Below are positions 50,985 through 62,080 of a stretch of 64,000 nt of DNA, piece after piece. Origin of the DNA: Phoronis australis (lineage: Eukaryota; Animalia; Phoronida); the NCBI GenBank assembly GCA_002633005.1, contig NMRA01000364.1:317383-381382 (forward strand), in the 5' to 3' direction. Under the pieces are notes generated by a model that saw only the letters and a list, made by a program, of their open reading frames with translations, had not been told where the DNA came from and did no database searches. The translations under genes were made by a program, and so were the position numbers. How positions within the stretch are numbered: the stretch's first letter is position 1; every line of letters begins with the position of its first letter.

Positions 50985-51605
50985 CCATCTCTAGCAACAG
51001 TCTAGTTCCCATTGGCGCTTCATACACTGGAAGCTTTTCGGCGAATTATGCCTCACACTGACTACAGCATCAGTCACATTGTTATAAATAACTATGCGCA
51101 TAGAATGACACCTTAGGAGGCCGTTGGTGTCTGTAATTCCTTCCAACTCGAAAATTACGTCCGTCAAACTTTTTCTTCGAGCAGTACCTTGTTCAGTTCC
51201 CAAAATCGGTAACTGGCCATTTTTAACACTGCGTGTGGCAGGTGGTATGATGTCAAGTCCCTTGGCATGCGCAGTGACCATTGTCTCTAGCTGGCCCCAG
51301 TAGAGATGGCAAAGTTCCTATAGTAGCTTCATACGTCGTAAGCTTTTTGACAAATTATGACTGACACTGATTAAAACATCAAAGTAATGTTGATATATGT
51401 ACCTTTTACGCATAGAGGGGCACCTTAGGAGGCTGTCGATGTCTTTAATTACTTCAAACTCTAACAAATACTACCGTAATTCAACTGTTTCTTCAAGCAG
51501 TCAGTCGCTCAGTTGCCCAAATTTGCAACTGGCCATTTTTAACCCTGTGTGCACTCCTGGTGGGCGCGGTAAAAATAGAGGCGTGCGCAGTGTTCAACGT
51601 GGCTA
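50985..51605. repeat. Diverged tandem duplication, ~310-bp unit, 2 copies
   Basis: Shared blocks AAGCTTTT...AATTATG (51031/51340), CACCTTAGGAGGC, AACTGGCCATTTTTAAC and TGCGCAGTG in the same order. Confidence 0.8.
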
Positions 51606-52211
51606 GCTGTCAAAATGCTCATCACTACGTCTCTTTATCCTAACACACAATGCACGTTCTACTGAATGGAAATGGGGCATCTTAACCTCAGTTCTTGATG
51701 TGACTTTTGACAGAAGATACAACATTGATATTGGGTGTACATGCGCACATATCATCTGTGGTAGGGAAGTGTGAAACTGGGTTAGTACTTAGAATGAGTT
51801 TTTGTTTTGTACGTTTTTCAAAACTAGTGAACTTTTTCTGTAAATTTCTTCACAGATCGAAATAAATTACTCTGTCATAGATGTTAGGATGGGCGCCTTT
51901 TGTTGAGAATTGTTTAAAAGGCGAGTTTGATGAGTTTTTGCATCCTTAATGCCAATTTATGTTTGCAACTAGTTAAGTGGGGGAAAAATTGTGAGGTCAT
52001 GGACTGCATTAAGTATTTTGTATTTTGAAATTTTGTTTATAGTGTTTTAGTGGGCAATGGTCTCTTGCAGAGGACCTGATCTGAAATGGAGGAAACTGTT
52101 TCTGAAAAAGCGTTATCCATGTAAGTGACTATTGCCCTTCTATGCTTCCTTTATTTTCGAACATTGACTCTGCGAGTAAATGTGAAGATTGTAATATTGG
52201 TTTAATTACAG

Positions 52212-52269
52212 GGTCAAGGTAGTGGCTGGGGTCAACAGCCAGGTCAATACGGAGCGCCACCTGCAGGAG
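52212..52269 (+). CDS. Penta-EF-hand gene coding exon 2
   Basis: ttacag|GGT...G|gtaaat, 58 nt, phase 0-1. [19 protein letters not shown] carries the same repeat as exon 3. Confidence 0.9.
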
Positions 52270-53706
52270 GTAAATGATGTTGAAACTAACTATAGTATTC
52301 TCGTCTTCCAGTAGTTAGTTGCATTCTTATGGATTAGAATTATAGATACTATCCCATGCATACGCCTGTCTGGCATTTAGGAGTGAAGCCTTCGGAGTAT
52401 GTTAATACAGAGAACAGTGACTGCAATTCATCAGAATGCACACTGTTAGAAGTCGAGCAACAGAATTTCTAAAGTATATATGAGTATGTAAGGACAGAGT
52501 TTTACCGAGGTCAAAATCCAAATATGGCTGAAAGTGTGCATCATGTTTCAATAGGAAAAACTTCAGACTGCATTTTGCCCTTTTTATCGCTTTAAAATGG
52601 AAATCAAAATAGACCTTTCACTCTCATGAAATTGGTCTCATAATATTCTTTACCATGATAGGATTATAATTTCTTTTTCTGGTATGAAACCGTCAGTAAC
52701 CCAGGAAAACGCTCCAAAGTTTATTGGAATTTGCCACCCATAAAATTGTGAATTCGAAAATAGCACAATCATCTACGCATTGCCTGTGACTTCAGTTGGT
52801 GGTTCATCTGGCAACAAGCTCAGATGAGTATGGCAATCTAAACGTGTTTAATCCCAAAGCTCTTGGATTAAGAATTCAACATTGACAGCTAAACAGAGGT
52901 AAAATGTTTTTTTTAATCACACATTTCTTATACTAGTAGTGAGCAAATCACTCATTTTCAGCAAATGAAGAATAAATTTGTTCTGTTTTGCATTTACTGT
53001 TTCAGTTGTTTTTCATTCCATAAAATGTAGACTCGAACAGCTTGTTGTCAAGATATAAAATGTGCCTTGGAGCTTTTCTAACATGGTCCACTCGGCTCTA
53101 TGTAATGAATATATGGAGGGATAACACTTCGAGAGAATCCGAGTGAAATTGAACACTTAAAGAGGACAGCACTTTTAGTAAAGTGAAGAAGACTTCTACA
53201 GCAGCCAAAAGTTTCTGATAACTTCTAGTTACTGATATAAGTTCCATAAATTATTTCTAGACTGTGATGCACTGATAATGACTTTGCTAAACATTTATTC
53301 AGTTATTGTAAAGAGGGAGCAGAAGACCAAATTTCTGTCTTGAGCCACGTATTAAGTCACTTTTTACGAAACACAGTATTGAATAGATTCCCCTTTTAGT
53401 AGCCGTGGATTGTGCAAATACTCCAATGTTGCTTGTTTGGGCATGCAAATGTTGTACATACAAACATGCAAAAAGTATTTGGAGAAAATGCCTGAAAATT
53501 CACCATCGTGCCTCCAAGCACAGGTAGAATAATCTACGTTGATGGTTGCCTACTGTGAGTAGGAACGTTGGGGAATTTATTGGAAAATTAACGAGGTTGA
53601 AATGCTAGGAATTACAACTGCAAGAAATGAGTTGAAATGTTTCATTATGTCATGTCGTGATGGGATTACATTTTGTATGAACTTTTGTTTTATCTCTGTT
53701 GTCCAG

Positions 53707-54071
53707 GTCAGGCATTTGGTGCTCCTGGTGGTCAAGGATTTGGCGGTCCACCTGGTGGTGTTGGACAATACAGAGCACCAGCGGGACAGTATGGAGCTCC
53801 CCCTGCTGGACAGTATGGAGCTCCTCCTGCTGGACAGTACGGAGCTCCCCCTGCTGGACAGTATGGAGCACCCCCTGCCGGACAGTACAGAGCACCTCCT
53901 GCTGGACAGTACGGAGCACCCCCTGCTGGACAGTATGGAGCACCCCCTACTGGGCAGTATGGAGCACCCCCTGCAGGGCAGTATGGAGCGCCTTATGGAG
54001 GAGCACCTACATATGGAGGGCCACGGCCACCACCACCAGGGGTTGATCCTACTTTGTGGCAGTGGTTTCAG
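53707..54071 (+). CDS. Penta-EF-hand gene coding exon 3: Gly/Pro/Tyr repeat N-terminus, peflin-like
   Basis: gtccag|GT...CAG|gttggg, 365 nt, phase 1-0. (GQYGAPPA)n then [14 protein letters not shown]. Confidence 0.93.
53763..53993 (+). repeat. Coding 24-bp minisatellite (GQYGAPPA; 8 full and 2 partial units)
   Basis: GGACAGTATGGAGC(T/A)CCCCCTGCT units, mostly with synonymous variation. Confidence 0.95.
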
Positions 54072-54384
54072 GTTGGGACTTAAGTTGAAGTGCTTGGCAC
54101 TGCAGATTTAGTTACTATTAATTTAAACCATTCGTGTTAACACCATGGATGTTTAACTCAAGAATCAAAGTAGTGAGTGTAAAGCCATCAAGTTTAGAGT
54201 TGAGCATTTAGTTGAAATTGGATGTTAACAGTTAAGAAAGATTAGTTATATATAAAATATTACTTTAAATTAAACTTCATGACAGTATTTTGCATTTTTA
54301 TGTAATCAAATGAAGTTAGATAGTATTCAGCTGTAAAATTTTGCTATAGCAGGCTTTCCCCTGAGTGTAAACTTCTGGGCGGCC

Positions 54385-56500
54385 CGACATGCTCCTTTTT
54401 GGCCTCGCCACTCGTAAATCATACTCAAATTGACTGCCACACACCTAGTCGTGATGGGGAAACTTCACCGCCACGCAAAAATCGCTAGTAAAAATGATCA
54501 CTAGTAAAAATGAGCGCTAGTAAAAATGATCGCTAGTAAAATGAATTGTTAGTAAAAATGATCTCTAGTAAAAATGATCGCTTAGTAATAATGAATAAGT
54601 ACAAGTCACACGGAACCTTTCGCTGTTTGTGGATCAAAAGGGAAAAATAATAATTTTACAATGGCATCTTGAATTGTGCCCCCGTTAAACACAGTCACTC
54701 AATCCCCAATCTCCTTTCGTACCTCGTTTCTGCCTGGTTATCCAACAATTTATATATACTTAATACAGCCGGGGACCAGGCAACGACTTTGATATAAATT
54801 TTCTAAAATGGGAAAGCGCCTGGGCTCGCTAATGAAGTAAGAAACAGATTTCTGTTTCATTCATTTTATCGTGTCCGAGTTTACAAAAGACATTGTGAAT
54901 TACACTGAAGGGCGTGACATCCAACTGTTTAATCAACCAGCCCTGCGCCAAAATGACGATATTGAATGTTAACCAGTCTCAGATTCGTCTGCATGGACTG
55001 GATTATTACATCATCTGCTACACCGGCCAACGCCAATCCACTATCACTGATTTATGTTTAGCAAGACGGTATCAACGCAAGTTTCGTTTCACGAATTAGT
55101 TTATTACGTATACAAAGTTCAAATATTTTTTGTTCTATGTTTGTCACTTCGTGGATAACTGAATTTTAACACTGTTTTTTGTACTCAAGTGCGACAGAGA
55201 TCACACTATGCCAGACACTTCATTGCCAAATTGTCTTGCGAAGTGTTCTTTACCCAGATACTTCCACTATATGATGCTCGGGTTAAGGTCTTGTCTATGA
55301 TATCTATGATGAGCAAACTGCACCTAATTACATCTAATTTTCAAATTTTGCCTGGGGAAGGTCATCCCATGCTCGCGTGTGGTGCCGGGTTCCGCATTCA
55401 CCACCATGCTCCTTTCGAAACCCAGCTAATAGGGGGATCCCATTTCTCATATTCGGGTGTGGCAATGGGCTTTGCACCCCGTTTTGGCCATTTACCACCA
55501 CGCTGGGGAAACACTGTATATTGATCGATACGTTGCCTGTGGTTAACGAACAACAATTTCAATCCCAGAAGACATGTTCCTGTTTCTTATAATGACTGCC
55601 CTGTGTGTAAAAATGATGCTCCTTTTTGGCCCCTGCCACTCATAATCTTGCCCAAATTGACCACCACACACCTAATCCTGATGGTAAACTTCACCGCTAC
55701 GCAAAAATTGCTAGTGAAAATGAATACTCAATACACAAGTGACGTGACTGCTGTCAATGTTTGTGGATCAAACAATAATTTAAAATTGGATTTTGAACTT
55801 TTCCCTTGTTAAACATAACCTTTTTATCATCTTCCTTCACGTCGGGTTCACTAAGTGACCTGTCCGACATTCGGTAATGCCTGGTTCTCCGACAATGACA
55901 CAGCATTTGATATATAGATGTGGACCAGGCAATGACCTTGATATGAGTTTTCTAAAATTGCGAAGCGCCAGTGAACACTGATGAAATGGGTGGAGAAATG
56001 ATCAATTTTATTTATTTTATTGTGTCTATGTTTACAGAAGTGGTCGTACAATACAAATGTGAATTATATTGCACAAAAGGTCAATAGTTTAATTAACCAT
56101 AAACCAGTCTAGTGATCTCAGTAGTCGTTTGCATGGAATGGATGAATACATCGTCCACCGGTTAACTCAGATCCAACTGATTTATTCTGAGTAAGAATAT
56201 AATAAACGATATTAACTAAAGTTTCATTGTACACGTCAGGTCTAAACAGGCTCAAATATTTTTTTCTGTTTTATGTACATGTGGAGAGCCGTAAAATTCA
56301 ATTTTAACAAGTAGTCTGAAGCCTTTTCCTGACATGTCTGCTTCCTAACCTCGCTAAACGCAACTTGAATTGGTGATTGAAATACGTTAAAATGACTAAA
56401 GAGTCTTCATACACTGAGATCACACAATGATTCTTTGTTGCGGCGCCAGGCTTCGCATCTGCTGCGGCCATTCACCACCATGCTTTTTTCAAAACCAAGT
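54385..56500. repeat. Diverged intronic tandem duplication, ~1.1-1.2-kb unit, 2 copies
   Basis: GCTCCTTTTTGGCC...AAACTTCACCGC at 54391 and 55618; GGACCAGGCAA, TCAAATATTTTTT and CATTCACCACCATGCT (55395/56469) recur collinearly. Confidence 0.8.
54481..54593. repeat. 16-bp minisatellite (ATCGCTAGTAAAAATG, ~7 copies)
   Basis: Head-to-tail units without spacers; only one unit at the matching position of the duplicate (~55707). Confidence 0.92.
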
Positions 56501-57058
56501 GTGATGACAATTTAGGTTACACTGTTCAAAGCTTTTAAAACATTATATGTGATATGAGACTGCATTAATTTGTCATTGGAATACATCTGTTTTTGTGTTT
56601 TGAAAGGACCTATGGCTTGAGAACTGTCACTCGTGTTTTTTAAAGTTAAATTTAGTAGGTGTGTTTCGCGCGAGATAAAAATACCTGCGCATTTACTTTA
56701 ATACCAAATTGCTTGTAAAACTGAAAACATTTTTTACTAAGGTCAACCCTCTGGAAAATTTGAGGTAGTTTGTATGCAGAAGTGTTATTATGAATTCACT
56801 GATAATGTTGGGGGTTTTCGCATTCATAGTATAAGTGAAAAGTATTTAGATAAACTTACCCAGAATTCACCATCAGAGTAGTCTCCCCTGGTGACCAAGA
56901 ATGAAGGAGAATTAACAGGAAAGCCTGTATTAAAGGTGGAATTCAGCCACTGTAATAGTTACTACCAGTACCAGAATTAGGCATCATGACAGGAAACCAG
57001 TATTTTGTCTGATTACATTTGTCGTGTAGTTAACCTGTGCTGTGTTTTGTTATTGCAG

Positions 57059-57186
57059 ACTGTTGACCGCGACAGCTCAGGGAGTATAACTGCTTCAGAA
57101 CTGCAACAAGCATTAATGAATGGGAACTGGACGGCATTCAACCCTGAGACATGTCGGCTGATGATTGGCATGTTTGATAAGAACAG
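57059..57186 (+). CDS. Penta-EF-hand gene coding exon 4 (EF1 and start of EF2)
   Basis: ttgcag|ACT...AG|gtacga, 128 nt, phase 0-2. TVDRDSSGSITASELQQALMNGNWTAFNPETCRLMIGMFDKN. Confidence 0.96.
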
Positions 57187-57673
57187 GTACGAAAATGGTT
57201 ACATTATTACGTACTAGGTTGGAAAATTTAAAAAGACATAAAACCCGCTTTAACCAATTATGGTACATTGCGGTAATTTGTCTCTTGTTTAGCACACAAT
57301 ATGGCTGACAAGAGGAATTCCATTTTGCTAAACTTCTCCTGACCACAAAAGTGAACTTTAAAGACATTTTAGTCAAGTATGATCATGGTTCGCAATATGT
57401 AGGTGTCGTAAAGCAACATTTGCTGAATTTCCAACTATTTGCAAAAAGGTAGTCAGCTATTGAAAAATGACCATTTTGGTGGTTATACTAATACCCATAC
57501 CGGTACTTAACCTAATAAGTTATTAGAATCGTACAAGTAAAGAGAAATATAAGAAAAACATAAAAACAGAAGACAAAAAAATAAAAGTACAAGTGCAAGA
57601 CACGGATAACATAAAAGTCAAAGGCTTTTTTATATTAAGGTCCAGTTGTGGCATAATGCAGATCAATTAAAAT

Positions 57674-57909
57674 AAATCAGTTTCTGGACTTATTGTATAC
57701 TAATCGTAACGTAGTGTCCCCATATCGGAGACTTCCACGGATCGTCTGAAGCCGAAGTGTTTGTGTGTCGGCATTGTGTCTCAAGCCACGTGACAACAAT
57801 CTCCGCCAATGCCGACACGCCAGCACTTCGGCTTCAGATGATCTGTAGAAGTTTCCGAGATGGGGACGCTATGTTATCATTAGTATACAGTAAGTCCAGA
57901 AATTGATTT
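57674..57909. mobile_element. Palindromic (foldback) MITE, ~100-bp arms with a ~30-bp loop
   Basis: AAATCAGTTTCTGGACTTATTGTATACTAAT...GTGTCGGCATTG pairs with CAATGCCGACAC...ATTAGTATACAGTAAGTCCAGAAATTGATTT. Confidence 0.85.
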
Positions 57910-58568
57910 TTTGATTTGCATTTCCTTACTGTACTTAGTTATGTACAATTTCTGTCCTTGGAAAGAACTGACAGTTTGTAATTGCTTAAAGCCATATATG
58001 GCCATGTCACTTCAGATCGTTTCATGCTTTTTGCATGCTCTTAAGCAGCGGCTGCCACAAATGACTAGTAATAAGCTCAGAAATCAATTCTTGTATAAGT
58101 GAGGACCAAATTGAGACTAGTGTTATAGCAGTAGGTAGTCTCAATTAAAAATTATGATTTCCATACTTTTACTGTAAAAATTAATTTTTTATTGACTAAA
58201 AAACTGTACAGCATTAGCTTGAAGAGAGGTTTCACTAAGACTAAATAACATAATTAGAAACAAAAACAGATTAAATCCTACAATGAGATGGAAGGTGGGA
58301 CTACAGCAGCTTTAAGACTTTTGCGAGATCGGAAAAAATAGACTTTTGTCCCACTTTTTTGCTGTCATGGTATACTAACCTGTTGTTGCACAGAGGCAAG
58401 TCCCTCTGAGGTTTATAATCTGGGCCTCCTTCACATTTCCACGTGCAGGGCTATAGATCTTTTGCAAGGTTACGTGCAACGAGGTGAATATTTTGCCCCA
58501 CTTTCCCCACTCAGTTTGGATGCCTGTAGGTAGTCTTTGTTGATTCTGAGACACTGTTTTGTTTGCAG

Positions 58569-58718
58569 AAGCGGCACAATAGACATTCACGAGTTTGCCT
58601 CCCTGTGGAATTACATACAGGAATGGAAGAAGTGTTTCGATGGCTTCGACAGAGACCGATCGGGAAATATTGACGCCAATGAGCTGGCCCAAGCATTCAC
58701 GACATTCGGTTATCGTCT
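58569..58718 (+). CDS. Penta-EF-hand gene coding exon 5 (EF2-EF3)
   Basis: ttgcag|A...CT|gtacgt, 150 nt, phase 2-2. SGTIDIHEFASLWNYIQEWKKCFDGFDRDRSGNIDANELAQAFTTFGYR. Confidence 0.96.
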
Positions 58719-59305
58719 GTACGTCTTCTAATTATAAAAGCTGAAAATGTTATAATGTACTGTACCTACCAAAAGTAATTATAGGACAAACATCTTTTCC
58801 CAGTCACAGGATGGTTAACAAAATTCCATCGACAGTGACTGAATTTAGCTTGCTCTCAGTCATCTTCCATCTGATAATAAGATCTGAAAAGATTCCCAGT
58901 AGATTCTCTCTTAACGTTAGTATTAAAAAAGCAAAATAGCACTTGTCGACGATGCAACCATTGTGTGGATTATGTCACGAGGCAGGGAATCTACACATAT
59001 AGGATGTATATAATTATTTGATGGCAGTGTGCACAACCTGCATTTGTGTATTGACAGAGAGTAGCATTAGTCTTTTGGTCTTATTTGTAGGATAAATACT
59101 AAGCTAAACAAATTATTGTATTTCTTATTTCCAATGAATTACATAGTAATCACTAGGTACATCATCAAAAACTTTGAACTAATGCATATATAATGCATAA
59201 AGATTTAATAAGTGAGAGTTATTAAGTGTCCTACAGGCACTACTTAACTTCAAGTCACATGATGTGACTACTTAGTACCTGTATGAGACTAATAACTCGT
59301 ACTAA

Positions 59306-59474
59306 TACACCTTATTCACGCAGTCGCCATTTTAAAAGTGAGCCTTCTGCACTTAATCACAGTGTAAAGTGTGATTTTTTCTAGTACCTCGTTATATTTA
59401 TATCTCAAATGCATTGCTTTTTATACCTAAAAAGAGGCTCACTATTAAAATGGCGACTATTTGAAGAAGGTCTA
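59306..59474. mobile_element. Small MITE with ~40-bp TIRs (TA(G/C)ACCTT...AAGGTCTA)
   Basis: TACACCTTATTCACGCAGTCGCCATTTTAAAAGTGAGCCT vs the reverse complement of AGGCTCACTATTAAAATGGCGACTATTTGAAGAAGGTCTA. Confidence 0.75.
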
Positions 59475-59863
59475 TGTGATGCCAACACACTGGTTTATGA
59501 CAACACAATTACATGCTCTCCTAAGTTTGGGTGAGATATCATTTATTAAGTTTGTTTGCATTTCTGTATTGGACTGGTGGTCCCAGTGGCTCAGTGGACT
59601 GGAGCCAACACTATAATTTATAATACAATTATATATAATAATAATAATTTGATTTCAAAATGCATGGCTTGTGTTTGTGCTATTTCTTTTTTGACAATTT
59701 TCTTATTCATAATTGGGTTCCTTTTCATTATTTGTTCTAAAAATACATCAAAAATATTAATGTCATTTTCTTTCAATATTCTCTTGATAGATGATTCAAT
59801 ATTACCATATCTCAAGTTTTTAGCTTTCTTGTCTGCGCTCTTTCATTTCAATCTTTGTTTCAG

Positions 59864-60032
59864 ATCACCACAGTTTTGCAACCTCTGCGTCCGTGTGTTT
59901 GACAAAAACAACATCAACAGTATGCAATTTGATTCATTCATTCAGTGCTGTGTCATGCTGAAGACACTGACAGACAAGTTCCGTGGAAAAGACACCAATA
60001 TGTCTGGCGTAATCAACATTGGTTATGAGGAG
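59864..60032 (+). CDS. Penta-EF-hand gene coding exon 6 (EF4-EF5); terminal exon not found in the window
   Basis: tttcag|A...GAG|gtaggt, 169 nt, phase 2-0. SPQFCNLCVRVFDKNNINSMQFDSFIQCCVMLKTLTDKFRGKDTNMSGVINIGYEE. Confidence 0.95.
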
Positions 60033-60299
60033 GTAGGTATCTGTCCGAGTTACAGCCTATTAGTGGAGCAATGAACTGGCGCCCTCTTTCAGATAACAAC
60101 TTCTTATTTAGGCCACTAACTATTACAGAATCGCTTAGATTATGGTAAAACTTCACCCATTTCGAACAAAAATAATTTTTGAAATTGCGCTTTTTTCATT
60201 CTCAAGGGATTCTGACATTGTTTTGAATGTCCATAATTTCTCAAAATATTTCCTGGTGATAGCTGTGGTACAGAAGCTGAACATGGAACAGCATAGTTA

Positions 60300-61545
60300 C
60301 CGTATTTGCCGTAATAACCGCCCATGCCCCTATAAGCGCCCCCCACGCATTTTCAGACTTTGCTGAAATAAGCGCCCAGTCCATGAACGCGTACAGTCCT
60401 AAAACTCGGCTACAGTAACGTCTTCAATTTATCAAAAATTTTTTGCACGGGTCTTCTCGGCTGTCTCATGAATAAAAATAACTCGGTGTTAAACGCACGT
60501 GGCCAGGAAGCTCGCGCTACATACATTAACCTGTCATCAAAGACATTAGTCGGGAACTATCCATTCATGAAACGGGTAGCATAGCATCGATAAGAAATGA
60601 ATATTGGCACTAATTTCCGACAATTTCTAATACTATAAAATATGTTTGCATCATTTTTGAGATGGATTGTTTGATTAACCATAATTGGTGTTTTTAAGCC
60701 AAATATCCGATAAAATGACAACTGACAGTGAATGCTTGCACACCCTTACACCGAAAAATAACTGTCAGATAGTTACGTACGCATTCAGCTAAACGGCGAC
60801 TAATATGGGCCTTACGGAGACAATGTCAAAAGTTTTTAGCACGAGACCGGCAAGTGCTGAATGAAACACGCTCTGGTTTAGGCCTACTGCTTGTGCAAAT
60901 TTCTTTAGACACATCTAGCTAGTTAGATTGCATGGCTCTGGCCAAAAGACGGTCTCTGCTTTGGCAAATGAACTCTAGTGACACGCACGCGCTTGCTTAC
61001 TCGCAGACAAACTTCAAAACAAACGTCACGTGACAACAACATGTGTGTTCATCCAGACATTTTTCTCGCCGTGTTGCTGATCATACATGTAGATGGCACG
61101 ATCTTGCACAGATTTGTACTTAAACCTGCCGTTAATCCAGACTCTACGGAAACTAAAATAATCTTAGAGACGCTACTTATAAAACTTAATGAGGATTTCA
61201 GGTAATTTGCTTGAGTCGAAACCATTTTTATTTAAGCATTGGAGTCGCCTTATCGAAGACAGCGATTTTGAGGCAGTCAGTCGGCGAGTTTTTGCCCTGG
61301 GATTTCAGCACAATTTTCTGTAAAATGATCGTAATTTAGCAGTAAAGTTTGATAGCAATGCACCACAGTTTTGTTGAAAGTCTTTTATAGATTACATATA
61401 CGTAACAGAGTGTAAATTTGATGAATCTTAACTTCCGATTTCACCCGTTTCGGAGACCGGGTTTCAACCGCCTTGGGTTATAATAAGCGCCCCCCCTGAA
61501 CCGAACTTTTCTAAGCGCCCTGGGCGGCTATTACGGCGAATACGG
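60300..61545. mobile_element. Non-autonomous Tc1/mariner superfamily (pogo/Tc2-like) element, 1246 bp
   Basis: TA|CCGTATTTGCCGTAATAACCGCCCA ... TGGGCGGCTATTACGGCGAATACGG|TA (23/25 TIR match); subterminal TAAGCGCCC repeats; no transposase ORF. Confidence 0.9.
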
Positions 61546-62080
61546 TACATATCTGTTTCGGAAAAAAAGAGAAAATGAAGTTTCATTGTCGTCCATATTG
61601 TGTACCAAGTTGGTGAAATTTTACCGTAAAAATGATTTGTAACAGAGCTTGGAATTTTTCTCTTTTAATAGGATTTCATCTTTTTTGGTTTTGATTTCCT
61701 CTTATTTGATTTCCAGAATCCTCTTTTTTCGTCTCTTTTTTATCATTATTTTAACTTCATTTTTGCCAAAATGTTCATTTCAGTTCAATTTTACTACACA
61801 AAAAATATTTCTGTCACACAAGCCTATTTATTTGTGGAATGATACCTCACCAGGAAAATTTTCCTCTTTTTTGTCATTGGTCATTCCAAGCCCTGTTGTA
61901 ACATGAGAAGAAATGAGGAGTTGTTACTGCTTCAGACGAGGCCTGTTGAAGCCACTGTAGATCTGCCGTCCATTCCATAACTGAGAAAAAATACCTTTTG
62001 ATGTAGACCACTCACTGCTATGAAATTGGTCTCGACTTTTTCGTTGGAGATGATTTCAGGACTTCGGAAGAACTGATTGA

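Noticed and set aside
54481-54593. Possible CRISPR-like array (also the 24-bp repeat at 53763)
   Set aside because: No unique spacers, no cas genes, eukaryotic context.
59575-59610. tRNA/SINE A-box-like GTGGCTCAGTGG
   Set aside because: No B box or cloverleaf follows; no tRNA or rRNA gene could be supported in the window.
60033-60074. Read-through of exon 6 to TGA as the penta-EF-hand C-terminus; also acceptors near 61671 and 61783 as a last exon
   Set aside because: A good donor follows YEE and none of these gives an F/Y-hydrophobic EF5 helix; the terminal exon is probably beyond 64000.
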